From: an uncultured Halobacteriales archaeon | GTDB taxonomy: Archaea; Halobacteriota; Halobacteria; Halobacteriales; Halobacteriaceae | Length of the DNA stretch: 64,000 bases | Direction: 5' to 3' | Assembly: GCA_964594685.1 (NCBI GenBank) | Contig: CAZQNH010000002.1 | Coordinates: 2,816-66,815, forward strand | Shown here: one piece after another, positions 29,974 through 39,074 of the stretch | Layout: every line of letters starts with the position of its first letter | How positions within the stretch are numbered: position 1 is the stretch's first letter | Made by a program: the position numbers and the translations under genes | Notes under the pieces: generated by a model | What the model saw: only the letters and a program-made list of their open reading frames with translations | Database searches by the model: none | What the model was told of the DNA's origin: nothing

Positions 29974-30016
29974 AACAGCCATAGAGAACCCGACAAACAG
30001 CCATGGAGAACTCGAC
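29974..30016 (+). repeat. Two-copy 22-bp-period tandem repeat upstream of arsR
   Basis: aacagccatagagaacccgac (29974-29994) and aacagccatggagaactcgac (29996-30016), 19/21 identical. Confidence 0.75.
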
Positions 30017-30185
30017 CACCCTCCCGGCGCTCGACCTGTCCACTTCTTGTGGGGGAGACCCTGGAGACTGGTTCCGCGCACGGACGTCATCAGGCGACCC
30101 GGCAGCTGGCTCCTTCCTGCGAAGGGCGCTGGGCTCCGACATCGGAACCTTTATCAACCATATTCCTATATGCACAAATGAACAA

Positions 30186-30572
30186 ATGAGTCAGGAGACA
30201 AGTGCGGACGCGACGGAGGACTCCGGGTCCCGGGCTACCAACTCGCCCGAGGGCCCCTGCTGTACGACTGTTGGACACAATCTCTCCGAACACACCATCG
30301 AGGTCGACGTCCGTACGCTGTCGGCCATGGGGAACGACACCCGGTACGAGGTCCTTCGACTCCTCGCGGCGACGGACGAGGAGGTCTGTTCGTGTGACCT
30401 CGCCCCGGAACTCGGGGTGGACCAGAGCACCACGAGCCGGGCTCTCAAGGCGCTGTTTGAGGCGGGGCTGGTCGACCGCCGGAAGGACGGCCGGTGGCGG
30501 TACTACACCACCACGGCCCGCGCCGAGACCATCTTGACGGCGATCGATGCGAGCCGAGGTGAGCGTCGATGA
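30186..30572 (+). CDS. arsR: ArsR/SmtB-family metalloregulator
   Basis: GPCC N-terminal Cys pair, LSAMGNDTRYEVLRLL, VCSCDL, QSTTSRALKALFEAGLVDRRKDGRWRYY. Confidence 0.9.
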   Translation: MSQETSADATEDSGSRATNSPEGPCCTTVGHNLSEHTIEVDVRTLSAMGNDTRYEVLRLLAATDEEVCSCDLAPELGVDQSTTSRALKALFEAGLVDRRKDGRWRYYTTTARAETILTAIDASRGERR

Positions 30573-31516
30573 CGGAGGAGTCCCGGGAGACGGACTCGCC
30601 GGACAACGAGCACCTCTCGCCCGAGGACCAGCGGACGGTGGTCCGCCAGCGGTACGGGACCATCGCGGCGAGTGGATCCAGGGACTCGGAACACGCTGCG
30701 GAAACCGAGACGGACGATTCGACGGGCTGCTGTGGCGGCTCCGGCTCGGGCTCGACCCGCACCGGGTCGTCGACCGCCGGCGGTTCCTCGACGGAGGACC
30801 GGGAAACGGATTCCACCTCGTGCTGTGGCGACGATGGCTCGGCCTCCCGGGCCGAAAGGCTCGGGTACTCCCCAGCCGACCTCGAGTCGGCCCCCGAAGA
30901 TGCCAACCTCGGTCTCGGATGCGGGAACCCGAAGGCCCTCGCCGACCTGGAACCCGGTGAGACTGTCGTGGATCTGGGCTCTGGCGGCGGTTTCGACTGT
31001 TTCCTCGCCGCCGAGGCGCTCGGAAACGAGGGCCAGGTCATCGGCGTGGACATGACCCCCGAGATGGTCGAGCGCGCACGGCGGACCGCCGAGCGCAAGG
31101 GGATCGAGAACGTTGAGTTCCGCCTCGGCGAGATCGAGGCCTTGCCCGTCCCGGACGAACACGTCGACGTCGTCATCTCGAACTGTGTCATCAATCTCTC
31201 GCCCCGGAAGGACCGGGTCTTCGACGAGTCCTATCGGGTCCTCGAGCCCGGGGGCCGGCTCGCGATCTCCGACATCGCCGTGACCCCCGACGGCCGCGCG
31301 GCGGTAGACCGGTCCGATCCCGACCAGCTCGCCTCCTGCATCTCGGGCGCGGCGACCCTTGAGGAACTCCGGGAACTGGCCCTCGAGGCTGGATTCGAGG
31401 CCGTGACCGCCCGGGAGACTCGCCAAAGCGACGAGGTCATCGGCGACATGGTCGCGGAGCCGGACCTCCGCGAGGCCCTCCTCGCGGCCACCGTCGAAGG
31501 GAGGAAACCGGTGTAG
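30569..31516 (+). CDS. arsM: Arsenite S-adenosylmethionine methyltransferase
   Basis: NLGLGCGNP, VVDLGSGGGFDCF, GVDMTPEM, ISNCVINLSP, ASCISGA; overlaps the arsR stop. Confidence 0.93.
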   Translation: MTEESRETDSPDNEHLSPEDQRTVVRQRYGTIAASGSRDSEHAAETETDDSTGCCGGSGSGSTRTGSSTAGGSSTEDRETDSTSCCGDDGSASRAERLGYSPADLESAPEDANLGLGCGNPKALADLEPGETVVDLGSGGGFDCFLAAEALGNEGQVIGVDMTPEMVERARRTAERKGIENVEFRLGEIEALPVPDEHVDVVISNCVINLSPRKDRVFDESYRVLEPGGRLAISDIAVTPDGRAAVDRSDPDQLASCISGAATLEELRELALEAGFEAVTARETRQSDEVIGDMVAEPDLREALLAATVEGRKPV

Positions 31517-31635
31517 GCGGCTCGAATCTCCTGTGAACGCCGACATGGGAGCAACGGAGATTGCCCGACGAACCACGATACCCTCAAAAGCGGCCCCAAC
31601 ACCACGCTACCGTTCGTAAACGGCCCAAAAACCTC

Positions 31636-31926
31636 ATGTATGTACCACCGGCCTCCCCCCGAGACCCGCCCCTCCTCCACGACCGGTCGTGGAGCGACGT
31701 CCTCAGTGCCTACGCTATCATGCTGGCGATCCCGGTCCTCCTCTGGCTGGCGAGCTATCCGCTGGTCGGCGCCGGCTCCGTGCTCGGCCTGCTTGGCCTT
31801 CGGATGGCCGTCAGCCGGGCCCGTGCCAGCCTTCGACGACTCTTCGACCGGTGCTGCATCGTCTTCCGGATTGGCGAGAACATCCGGATCACCATCACGC
31901 GGACCCCGAGGGAGAACTCGGGGTAA
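31636..31926 (+). CDS. Small membrane protein
   Basis: One long hydrophobic segment (YAIMLAIPVLLWLASYPLVGAGSVLGLLGL), then basic tail with CC. Confidence 0.6.
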   Translation: MYVPPASPRDPPLLHDRSWSDVLSAYAIMLAIPVLLWLASYPLVGAGSVLGLLGLRMAVSRARASLRRLFDRCCIVFRIGENIRITITRTPRENSG

Positions 31927-31991
31927 CACGATACCAGGATGAGGAGCGCAGGCCGACGACACTCCATTGAACGTCCCGAACCGACCCACGC

Positions 31992-32492
31992 ATGACGGGC
32001 TCGAACCACTCTCCCGACCAGCTGGCCGACGTCTTCGACCGCGAGGGGCTGTCCGACCGGGTATCGATCGGCCCCCTCGAGGCCGACCAAATCGACCAGG
32101 TGGTGGCCATTCTCGACGGCAACGACCTGCCGTCTCATCACGTGCGAACCGGGCCGGTCGAGTTCGTCGGTGCCGTCGCAGGCGGGGACTTGGTCGGCGT
32201 CGCCGGTCTCGAACGATACGATTCGGTCGGTCTCCTGCGCTCGGTGGCCGTCGACGAATCGGCCCGGGGACAGGGCCTCGGAACCCTGCTGTGCGACAAA
32301 CTCGAAACCCGTGCGAGGGACGAGGAGGTCGAGACTCTCTATCTCCTGACGACGACGGCCGCCGATTTCTTCGATGACCGAGGGTACGAGGAGGTCGAGC
32401 GGTCGGCGGCGCCACCCTCCATCCAGGATACGAGCGAGTTCCGGGAGGTCTGTCCGACGAGGGCGGTCTGTATGCGGAAAGACCTGAAATAG
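31992..32492 (+). CDS. arsN2: GNAT acetyltransferase, ArsN2-like
   Basis: VGLLRSVAVDESARGQGLG, LYLLTTTAADFF, C-terminal EFREVCPTRAVCMRK. Confidence 0.82.
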   Translation: MTGSNHSPDQLADVFDREGLSDRVSIGPLEADQIDQVVAILDGNDLPSHHVRTGPVEFVGAVAGGDLVGVAGLERYDSVGLLRSVAVDESARGQGLGTLLCDKLETRARDEEVETLYLLTTTAADFFDDRGYEEVERSAAPPSIQDTSEFREVCPTRAVCMRKDLK

Positions 32493-32730
32493 ATTGCTCA
32501 ATCGTGGCGACCCCATCGGTGTCCTCCGTACAGTCCTTTGACTCGGGCCGGCCGCCGACCGCCATGCCACAGGAGGGGTCGATCGTTCGTTCGCGAAGGC
32601 AAGCAACTGCTCTCACTCTAGAATGTGGGGATGGGTAAAGTGCGATCGGACGTCACCGCTGCCCGCCGGTAACTCAAACTCGCGTTGATGCCATCTCAAA
32701 CCCTTTTGGTGTCGGACGCAAGGCTCACCT

Positions 32731-34068
32731 ATGAAGCGTCGGGGCTTCCTGGCGACGCTCGGGGGCGGCACACTCGCCGGCTGCATCGAGCTCCCGGGCT
32801 CGACCCCCTCGAGCGATTCGGACTCCCGGACACGGTCACCACAGCCGTTCCATTCGCCGGCGGAACCCCTCGACTGGCCCGCGCCCCATTATGATAGTGG
32901 GCACACACGCCACGCCCTGGACCGACCGGCGATGGGGGCCAGTGAACGATGGCAGCATCCCGCTTCGCTGGCCGACGACCCTGCCTCCCTGCTCGTCGCG
33001 GCGGACGGGCAGGTGTATTATGCGTACAAACACCGAGCCAAACGGGAGGAAGACCGTTTTACCGGACTCGTGGCCCTGGACGCGGAGACGGGCCGCGAAC
33101 GCTGGAGCCGCGAGTTCGGAACCTGGGACGGCGGTTTCAACCCGCCCCACGGCCCACTGCCGACCGTCTTCGGCGAGTTGCTCGGCTTCGGACTCGACGC
33201 TCCAGACCGCCTCGGCGCGTACGCCGCGGCAACCGGGGACGAAGAGTGGTCGACGCCCAGCCACGGTGGCCAGCGCGCACTGGTTCCGGGCGCGGGGCTG
33301 CTCCATGTCCTCAGGGGGAACCCGGACCAGGAGACGCCATCTCGAACCGTCGCCGCCCTCGACCCGCTGACTGGTGCGGACGTCTGGACCCACACATTCG
33401 AGACCGGGGTCCCGGAGTACCCCTCCTTCGACGGCCAATTCCTCTATTATCCGCTCTCGGCCGAGGATGATGAGACAGACGACGAAGTCGCCGTCGTGGA
33501 CCCGGTGGACGGGACAGTCACACGCCGCTTCCACCGAACCGTCCAGTCCCTCGCACCGGTCTCCGACGGTCGGCTCTTCTCCGCGCGATGGGGTGGCGAA
33601 CGGATCGTCGCCCTCGATACGCAGACCGGCGCGGTGGATTGGGAGACGCCGGTCATGTTCCACCACGAACTCGGGGCGGGTGACCCCGAGGTCGTCAATG
33701 TTCGCTATCGGTTCGGCGGGGTGACCCCCGATCGGCTGGTCGTGCACAAGCACTTCCACGGGTACCGGTCCGACGAGATCCGGGGGTACGATTCCAAGAC
33801 TGGACGGGAAGACTGGCGGGTCGAACCCGACCCCGAGGACCCGGTGGTCGCCTTCAATCAACCGATCGTGGTGGGGGAAACGATCTACGTTACCGGCACG
33901 AAGAGCCCTCACTCCGACTCGCGGGACGGGTTCCTCCACCGGTACGATGTGGCGACCGGCGATCGAGTCGCGGACCGTCCACTCTCGAGCCCGTGTTTCC
34001 GACCGCCGATCGTCGCCGGCGAGCAGCTGTTCGTGGTGGCGTGGGACGGTGTCTACGCCTTCAGGTGA
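32731..34068 (+). CDS. Tat lipoprotein with PQQ-like beta-propeller repeats
   Basis: MKRRGFL...LAGC; repeats ALDAETGRERW, ALDPLTGADVW, ALDTQTGAVDW, YDSKTGREDW. Confidence 0.88.
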   Translation: MKRRGFLATLGGGTLAGCIELPGSTPSSDSDSRTRSPQPFHSPAEPLDWPAPHYDSGHTRHALDRPAMGASERWQHPASLADDPASLLVAADGQVYYAYKHRAKREEDRFTGLVALDAETGRERWSREFGTWDGGFNPPHGPLPTVFGELLGFGLDAPDRLGAYAAATGDEEWSTPSHGGQRALVPGAGLLHVLRGNPDQETPSRTVAALDPLTGADVWTHTFETGVPEYPSFDGQFLYYPLSAEDDETDDEVAVVDPVDGTVTRRFHRTVQSLAPVSDGRLFSARWGGERIVALDTQTGAVDWETPVMFHHELGAGDPEVVNVRYRFGGVTPDRLVVHKHFHGYRSDEIRGYDSKTGREDWRVEPDPEDPVVAFNQPIVVGETIYVTGTKSPHSDSRDGFLHRYDVATGDRVADRPLSSPCFRPPIVAGEQLFVVAWDGVYAFR

Positions 34069-34154
34069 AACGGATCCCGCCGGAGAGCGTGCGGACCAAG
34101 TTCCACCCTGCGGCGAAGTCTTATGTAGTCAGCGGCGTGCGTACTCGTTGAGCA

Positions 34155-35153
34155 ATGGAGCAGTATCTGGACCTCGTGGAACGGGTGCTACGTGAGGGGA
34201 CCTACAAGCCGAACCGGACCGGGGTCGACACCGTCGCGGATTTCTCGGCCCACTATACGATCGACCTCCAGGAGGGCTTCCCGCTTTTGACGACCAAGGA
34301 CCTCTCGGGGTTCCGCTGGAACTCGCTCATCCACGAACTCCAGTGGTATCTCTCCGGGGAGGAGCATATCCGGAACCTCCGGGAGGAGACCAACATCTGG
34401 GACGCTTGGGCCGACGAGAAGGGACACCTCGATACCGCCTACGGTCGGTTCTGGCGTCGCTATCCCGTTCCGGAGGACGAGGCTCGCCTCCCGGGCGAGG
34501 CCTGGCCCGAGGCGGATACTCCCTATCTCAACGACGATGGGACCTTCGACCAGATTGCCCATGTCCTCGACCAGCTCGAACACGATCCGCACACCCGGCG
34601 GATGGTGGTTAACGCCTGGCACCCCGCAAACGCGGCCGTCTCCCAGCTGCCGCCGTGTCACTACACCTTCGTCTTCAGCGTCCAAGATGGCCGGCTACAT
34701 ACCCACCTCCAGCAGCGATCGGGTGACATCGCATTGGGGATCCCGTTCAATATCGCGGCGTACGCGCTGCTGACCCACGCGGTCGCCCAGCAGGTCGATC
34801 TGGCGGTGGGGGAGTTCGGCCACAGTATCGTCGATGCGCATATCTACGTCGGGGAGGGCGACCGGGGCGTGTGGTACGAGGACAACCTGGCCGAGTTTCA
34901 GGACCGCATGACGTCCCTCGACTCCCGGGCCGGCTACCGGGAGGTCCGGGACTGGATCGAGCGCTCGGCCCCGCCGGAGGACGAGGAGGGGTATGACCAC
35001 GTCCCGGGCTTGCTCACGCAGTTAACTCGCGAGCCACGTGAGCGCCCCTCGATAGAGATCGCGGACAAACCCCTCGACGACCTCGGATACGAGGACTTCG
35101 AACTCGTCGGCTACAACCCGGCCCCCGGCATCTCCTTCGCCGTCGCGGAATGA
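34155..35153 (+). CDS. thyA: Thymidylate synthase
   Basis: NRTGVDT, GFPLLTTK, HELQWYLSG, NIWDAWAD, LPPCHY, QRSGDIALGIPFNIAAY, DAHIY. Confidence 0.97.
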   Translation: MEQYLDLVERVLREGTYKPNRTGVDTVADFSAHYTIDLQEGFPLLTTKDLSGFRWNSLIHELQWYLSGEEHIRNLREETNIWDAWADEKGHLDTAYGRFWRRYPVPEDEARLPGEAWPEADTPYLNDDGTFDQIAHVLDQLEHDPHTRRMVVNAWHPANAAVSQLPPCHYTFVFSVQDGRLHTHLQQRSGDIALGIPFNIAAYALLTHAVAQQVDLAVGEFGHSIVDAHIYVGEGDRGVWYEDNLAEFQDRMTSLDSRAGYREVRDWIERSAPPEDEEGYDHVPGLLTQLTREPRERPSIEIADKPLDDLGYEDFELVGYNPAPGISFAVAE

Positions 35154-35683
35154 AGCTCGCACTCGTCGTGGCCGTGGCCGAGAACGGGGTCATCGGCGCC
35201 GATGGTGACATCCCCTGGGACTATCCCGAGGACCTGGCCCGGTTCAAGGAGACCACGATGGGCCATCCGGTGATCATGGGCCGCCGGACCTTCGAGTCGA
35301 TCCTGGAGCGGCTCGGCGAACCGCTCCCGGGACGGACGAATATCGTCCTCTCCACACAAGACCTGGACCTCCCCGAGGACGCTGTACAGGCCGGAAGCGT
35401 GACGGAAGCGATCGAGACCGCCGAAGAAACCGGAAGCGCTGTCGCCTACGTGGTCGGCGGGGCGGACGTCTACCGCCAGTTCCTCCCCCGGGCAAACCGC
35501 CTGATCTGGACTGAGATACACGAGAGCTACGATGGTGATACCTGCTTCCCGACGTTCGATCGGGACGCCTGGACCGAGGTCAGCCGCGAGGACCGGTCGG
35601 ATCTCTCCTTCGTCATCTACGAACGAACCGGGGCCGGCGACGGGGGGAATGACCTCGAGAGACGGGGCCGGCCCCGCCACTGA
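35150..35683 (+). CDS. folA: Dihydrofolate reductase
   Basis: AVAENGVIG, IPWDYPED, MGRRTFESI, PLPGRTNIVLS, VVGGADVY, GDTCFP; ATGA overlap with thyA. Confidence 0.96.
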   Translation: MKLALVVAVAENGVIGADGDIPWDYPEDLARFKETTMGHPVIMGRRTFESILERLGEPLPGRTNIVLSTQDLDLPEDAVQAGSVTEAIETAEETGSAVAYVVGGADVYRQFLPRANRLIWTEIHESYDGDTCFPTFDRDAWTEVSREDRSDLSFVIYERTGAGDGGNDLERRGRPRH

Positions 35684-35792
35684 TCGGCGATCCAATCCAG
35701 CGACCGCCCCTGACGGGCGAGTTCGAGGGGACGTCTAGCCGGACCTCTACACCCAGCTAAATAGTCCGTGGACCGACGGTAGACCGATACCC

Positions 35793-35993
35793 TTACTCAG
35801 TGACGGTGATGGCCTCGACCGGACAGGCCGCCTCCGCCTCGCGGGCCATGTCGACGTCGGCACCGTCGAGTTCCGACATGCCATCTTTCACGTAGGCCAT
35901 CCCGTCATCGCCCATCTCGAAGATATCTGGCTGGGTCGCCGCACACACCTCATCGCCGATGCACAGGTCTTGATCGACTTCGACTGTTGGCAT
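35793..35993 (-). CDS. fdx: Monocluster ferredoxin with C-x2-D-x2-C...CP ligation
   Basis: MPTVEVDQDLCIGDEVCAATQPDIFEMGDDG...AEAACPVEAITVTE; minus-strand TTTATAT about 30 bp upstream. Confidence 0.9.
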   Translation of the reverse strand: MPTVEVDQDLCIGDEVCAATQPDIFEMGDDGMAYVKDGMSELDGADVDMAREAEAACPVEAITVTE

Positions 35994-36030
35994 TGTGATC
36001 CCGGCCCTGACTTCCATTTCGGCATATAAA

Positions 36031-36059
36031 AGACACGCTATATCGACGTCTGCGTGTCT
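36031..36059. promoter_or_regulatory. Inverted repeat immediately upstream of the ferredoxin TATA box
   Basis: AGACACGC-N13-GCGTGTCT. Confidence 0.5.
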
Positions 36060-36228
36060 GTGAACACCACTCAGCACAATTTTCGGGGATGAAATCAGGT
36101 GTATTCCCCCGGGGCTGGATTGCGACCCAAAATATGATGGACCACTGTGGGATGGGTTGACTTGCGAATCGGTTCCAATCCACTGGAACCGACCATTCCC
36201 CCGCTACCGACCCCCGAATGTCCAATCA

Positions 36229-36299
36229 CCCGATGCACCCAAACCCCGGCCTCTCGACCCGATGCGCCCAAACCCCGGCCTCTCGACCCAATGCACCCA
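36229..36299 (+). repeat. 29-bp tandem repeat, about 2.4 copies
   Basis: cccgatgcacccaaaccccggcctctcga / cccgatgcgcccaaaccccggcctctcga / cccaatgcaccca. Confidence 0.9.
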
Positions 36300-36417
36300 C
36301 TCTCCACCGGAAGCGACGAACCGTCGGCACTCGGTGTGAGACCCGGACAAGGCTAGCAGCCAGGGAGATGTGCCGGCGACGAACGGTTTAGAACCCCGTG
36401 ACCCATACGTGGAAGTC

Positions 36418-38001
36418 ATGCGACTGCCTGCCGGGTTGGCGCCCGGCCGACTCGGCAAGCCCGAACTCGCCGTCTTGGTCTCTGGGGTGTCGAGTATGGG
36501 CCTGGAGATCCTCGCGGGGCGGATGATCGCTCCGTCCTTCGGGAGCAGCATCTACACCTGGGGGAGCATCATCGGCGTCTTCCTCGCCGCGCTGAGTCTG
36601 GGCTACTACCGTGGCGGCAAGCGGGCCGCCACCAGGGCCCGCATAGAGGAGTTGACAACCCTGCTTCTCTGGGCCGGCGCCTACGTCGCCTTCTTGTTGT
36701 TCGCGGGGGACTACCTGCTGCGCATCTCGGGGGCGGTTCCGGTCCCACCCCGATTTGCGCCGCTGGTTCCGGTCACCCTGATGTTCGGGCCGCCGGTCTA
36801 CCTGCTGGGCTTCATCAGTCCCTACGCCGCGGAACTGTCGACGACCGAGAACACCGGGGAGGCCTCGGGGCAGGTCTACGCCATCGGAACCACGGGGAGC
36901 ATCGTTGGCGCGTTCGGGACCACCTTCCTGCTCATCCCCGCCTTCTCCATCGAGGTCATCGGCCTCCTCTTCGGCGGCCTGCTCGTGGTGACCGCAATCC
37001 GGCTATCCTGGCCGGGGATCTCCCCTCGCGGGGCCCTCAGGATCGGAGTGGTCATCCTCGTCCTGGTCGCCTCGGTTGCCGGCCCGTCCTTCGGCGTCGC
37101 GGTGCCCGGCCAGGTGGTCTACGACACCCAGACCACCTACCAGGACCTCCAGGTCATCGACCGCGGAGACACCCGGACACTGTATCTCGACGGGCAACCC
37201 CACAGCGCCATCGACCTCGAAGAGCCCGATAGACACGTCTTCACCTACACCCGATACTTCCACCTGCCGCTGCTCATGACCGAGGACGTCGACCGGGTGT
37301 TGTTTGTCGGTGGTGGCGGCTTCACCGGCCCCCGAATCTTCGCCGAGCGCTACGACGTGGCGGTGGACGTGGTCGAGATCGACCCCGAGGTGGTTCGAGT
37401 CGCGACGGAATACTTCCAGGTGGGGCCCCCCTCGAACATGAACATCCATGTCGGCGACGGGCGCCAGTTTCTCCAGGAAACCGATCGGACCTACGACGTG
37501 ATCATCCTCGACGCGTACAAGAAGGACAAGGTACCCTTCCAGCTGACGACCCGGGAGTTCTTCGAGCTGACAGCCTCGCATCTCGACGAGGATGGCGTGT
37601 TGCTCGCCAACATCATCTCCGCGCCCAGCGGTCCGGGCTCGGCCTTCTTCCGGGCGGAGTACAAGACGGTCCAGACGGCCTTCCCGCAGGTCTACGCCTT
37701 CCGGACGGCGAGTCCTGGCGCGGTCCAGAACGTCGAACTTGTGGCCACAAAACGGGACGAACGGCTCGCGCTTGCGGAACTCGAAGCCCGAAACAGACAG
37801 CGGGACATCGGCTATGACCTCGAGGACGCCATCGAACGGTCGGTCGGCGAGGTCGAGACCGCCGACGTCCCAGTTCTCCGGGATGGGAAGGCCCCTGTGG
37901 ACGCCCTCCTCGACCCGATGCTGGGTCGGAAGTACATCATCGAAGAGTCCGGTGAACCCGGCAACGTGACCGTCCCACCGACCGTCCCCGCTCCGGGGTG
38001 A
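36418..38001 (+). CDS. Membrane-fused spermidine synthase-like SAM-dependent transferase
   Basis: N-terminal TM block (SGVSSMGLEILAGRMIAPSFGSSIYTW), then VLFVGGGG, VVEIDPEVV, HVGDGRQFL, IILDAY. Confidence 0.85.
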   Translation: MRLPAGLAPGRLGKPELAVLVSGVSSMGLEILAGRMIAPSFGSSIYTWGSIIGVFLAALSLGYYRGGKRAATRARIEELTTLLLWAGAYVAFLLFAGDYLLRISGAVPVPPRFAPLVPVTLMFGPPVYLLGFISPYAAELSTTENTGEASGQVYAIGTTGSIVGAFGTTFLLIPAFSIEVIGLLFGGLLVVTAIRLSWPGISPRGALRIGVVILVLVASVAGPSFGVAVPGQVVYDTQTTYQDLQVIDRGDTRTLYLDGQPHSAIDLEEPDRHVFTYTRYFHLPLLMTEDVDRVLFVGGGGFTGPRIFAERYDVAVDVVEIDPEVVRVATEYFQVGPPSNMNIHVGDGRQFLQETDRTYDVIILDAYKKDKVPFQLTTREFFELTASHLDEDGVLLANIISAPSGPGSAFFRAEYKTVQTAFPQVYAFRTASPGAVQNVELVATKRDERLALAELEARNRQRDIGYDLEDAIERSVGEVETADVPVLRDGKAPVDALLDPMLGRKYIIEESGEPGNVTVPPTVPAPG

Positions 38002-38076
38002 CCCAGCGATTACCGGGGCTGTGTGGCGGTTTGACCCGTAGCGTGGACGGTAACTCCGAGCTCCTGGCTCCTCCTG

Positions 38077-38109
38077 CGGGCACGTCCGATCGGGGGGACG
38101 GCGTGCCCG
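38077..38109. terminator. GC hairpin between convergent genes (possible terminator)
   Basis: CGGGCACG/CGTGCCCG arms enclosing an inner GTCC/GGAC pairing. Confidence 0.35.
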
Positions 38110-38168
38110 TATGAACGGCGGGAAGAGAACACCCGCAAACGATCCCGTTTCGACCGATTGCCCCCCGA

Positions 38169-38864
38169 TCAGGCGAAATCGTCGAGTCCGGTCTGGGTCT
38201 CGGTGTCGGGCTCGACCGGCTCGATGACGGCGGCGGAATCGTTCTTCGGGTCGTTGACGGCCCGTGAGATGGGATAGGTATCGAGGTCGTCCTCGGGATA
38301 CGGCTGGAGGAGTTCAACCGCGTCCGCCGTCGTGTCCGCCCGCAGCCAGTCGCGCTCCACGTCAACCGGCAAAATCACGGGCATGCGGTCATGGATGGGT
38401 TCGAGGACCTCGTTAGCGTCGGTCGTGACGATGGTCACGGTTCGTTTCTGCTTGCTGTTATCCTCCCACTCGTTCCAGAGGCCCGCCATCGCGAACGGCT
38501 CCTCGTCCGCTCGCTCGATTCGGTAGGGCTGAGATGGGCCGCCGGGTTGGTCCTGCCACTCGTAGAACCCATCCGCGAGTACCAGACACCGTGTCTCCGC
38601 CACCGCGTCCCGGAACATCGGCTTCTCGGCGACCGTCTCGCCCCTGGCGTTGATGGGGCGGTAGGAGTCATCCGGACCGTCTGCCCACGAGGGCAGAAAG
38701 CCCCATTCGAACTGCTCGATGGTCTCGGGGGCGGCATCTGGGACCACCGGAAGGTCCTCGAACGGGGCGATGTTGTACCGCGGTTCGAGCGGTGCCGCGG
38801 CCTCGGCCTCGAACCGTGACTCCACGACAGCCTGGGGCAGGTAGAGGGAGGTCCGCCCGCACAT
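38169..38864 (-). CDS. SOS response-associated peptidase (SRAP/HMCES)
   Basis: N-terminal MCGR, PRYNIAP, INARGET, RCLVLADGFYEW, IHDRMPVIL. Confidence 0.95.
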   Translation of the reverse strand: MCGRTSLYLPQAVVESRFEAEAAAPLEPRYNIAPFEDLPVVPDAAPETIEQFEWGFLPSWADGPDDSYRPINARGETVAEKPMFRDAVAETRCLVLADGFYEWQDQPGGPSQPYRIERADEEPFAMAGLWNEWEDNSKQKRTVTIVTTDANEVLEPIHDRMPVILPVDVERDWLRADTTADAVELLQPYPEDDLDTYPISRAVNDPKNDSAAVIEPVEPDTETQTGLDDFA

Positions 38865-39074
38865 GGCACCGCCAACGGGTGGGGCGGATATAACAACGTC
38901 GGGGAAATGGCAGTACCCACCATCGCGCCGGACGGATACCACAGCGTCGGGCGGACCGGGAAAACCATCGATTGGGAGGGCGCGTATCGGTCCCGCCGGT
39001 GGCCAGCGGAATGGGACCGGATCACGCACCTCGTTCCGGGGGAGTTTTTACCCAGTCCAGCCTACTCATGGCCC

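Noticed and set aside
34840-35030. Insertion in ThyA as a possible intein
   Set aside because: No Cys/Ser start, His-Asn end or block B; it looks like a lineage-specific loop.
36229-36299. 29-bp repeats as a CRISPR array
   Set aside because: Units are directly adjacent with no unique spacers, there are fewer than 3 copies, and no cas genes are present.
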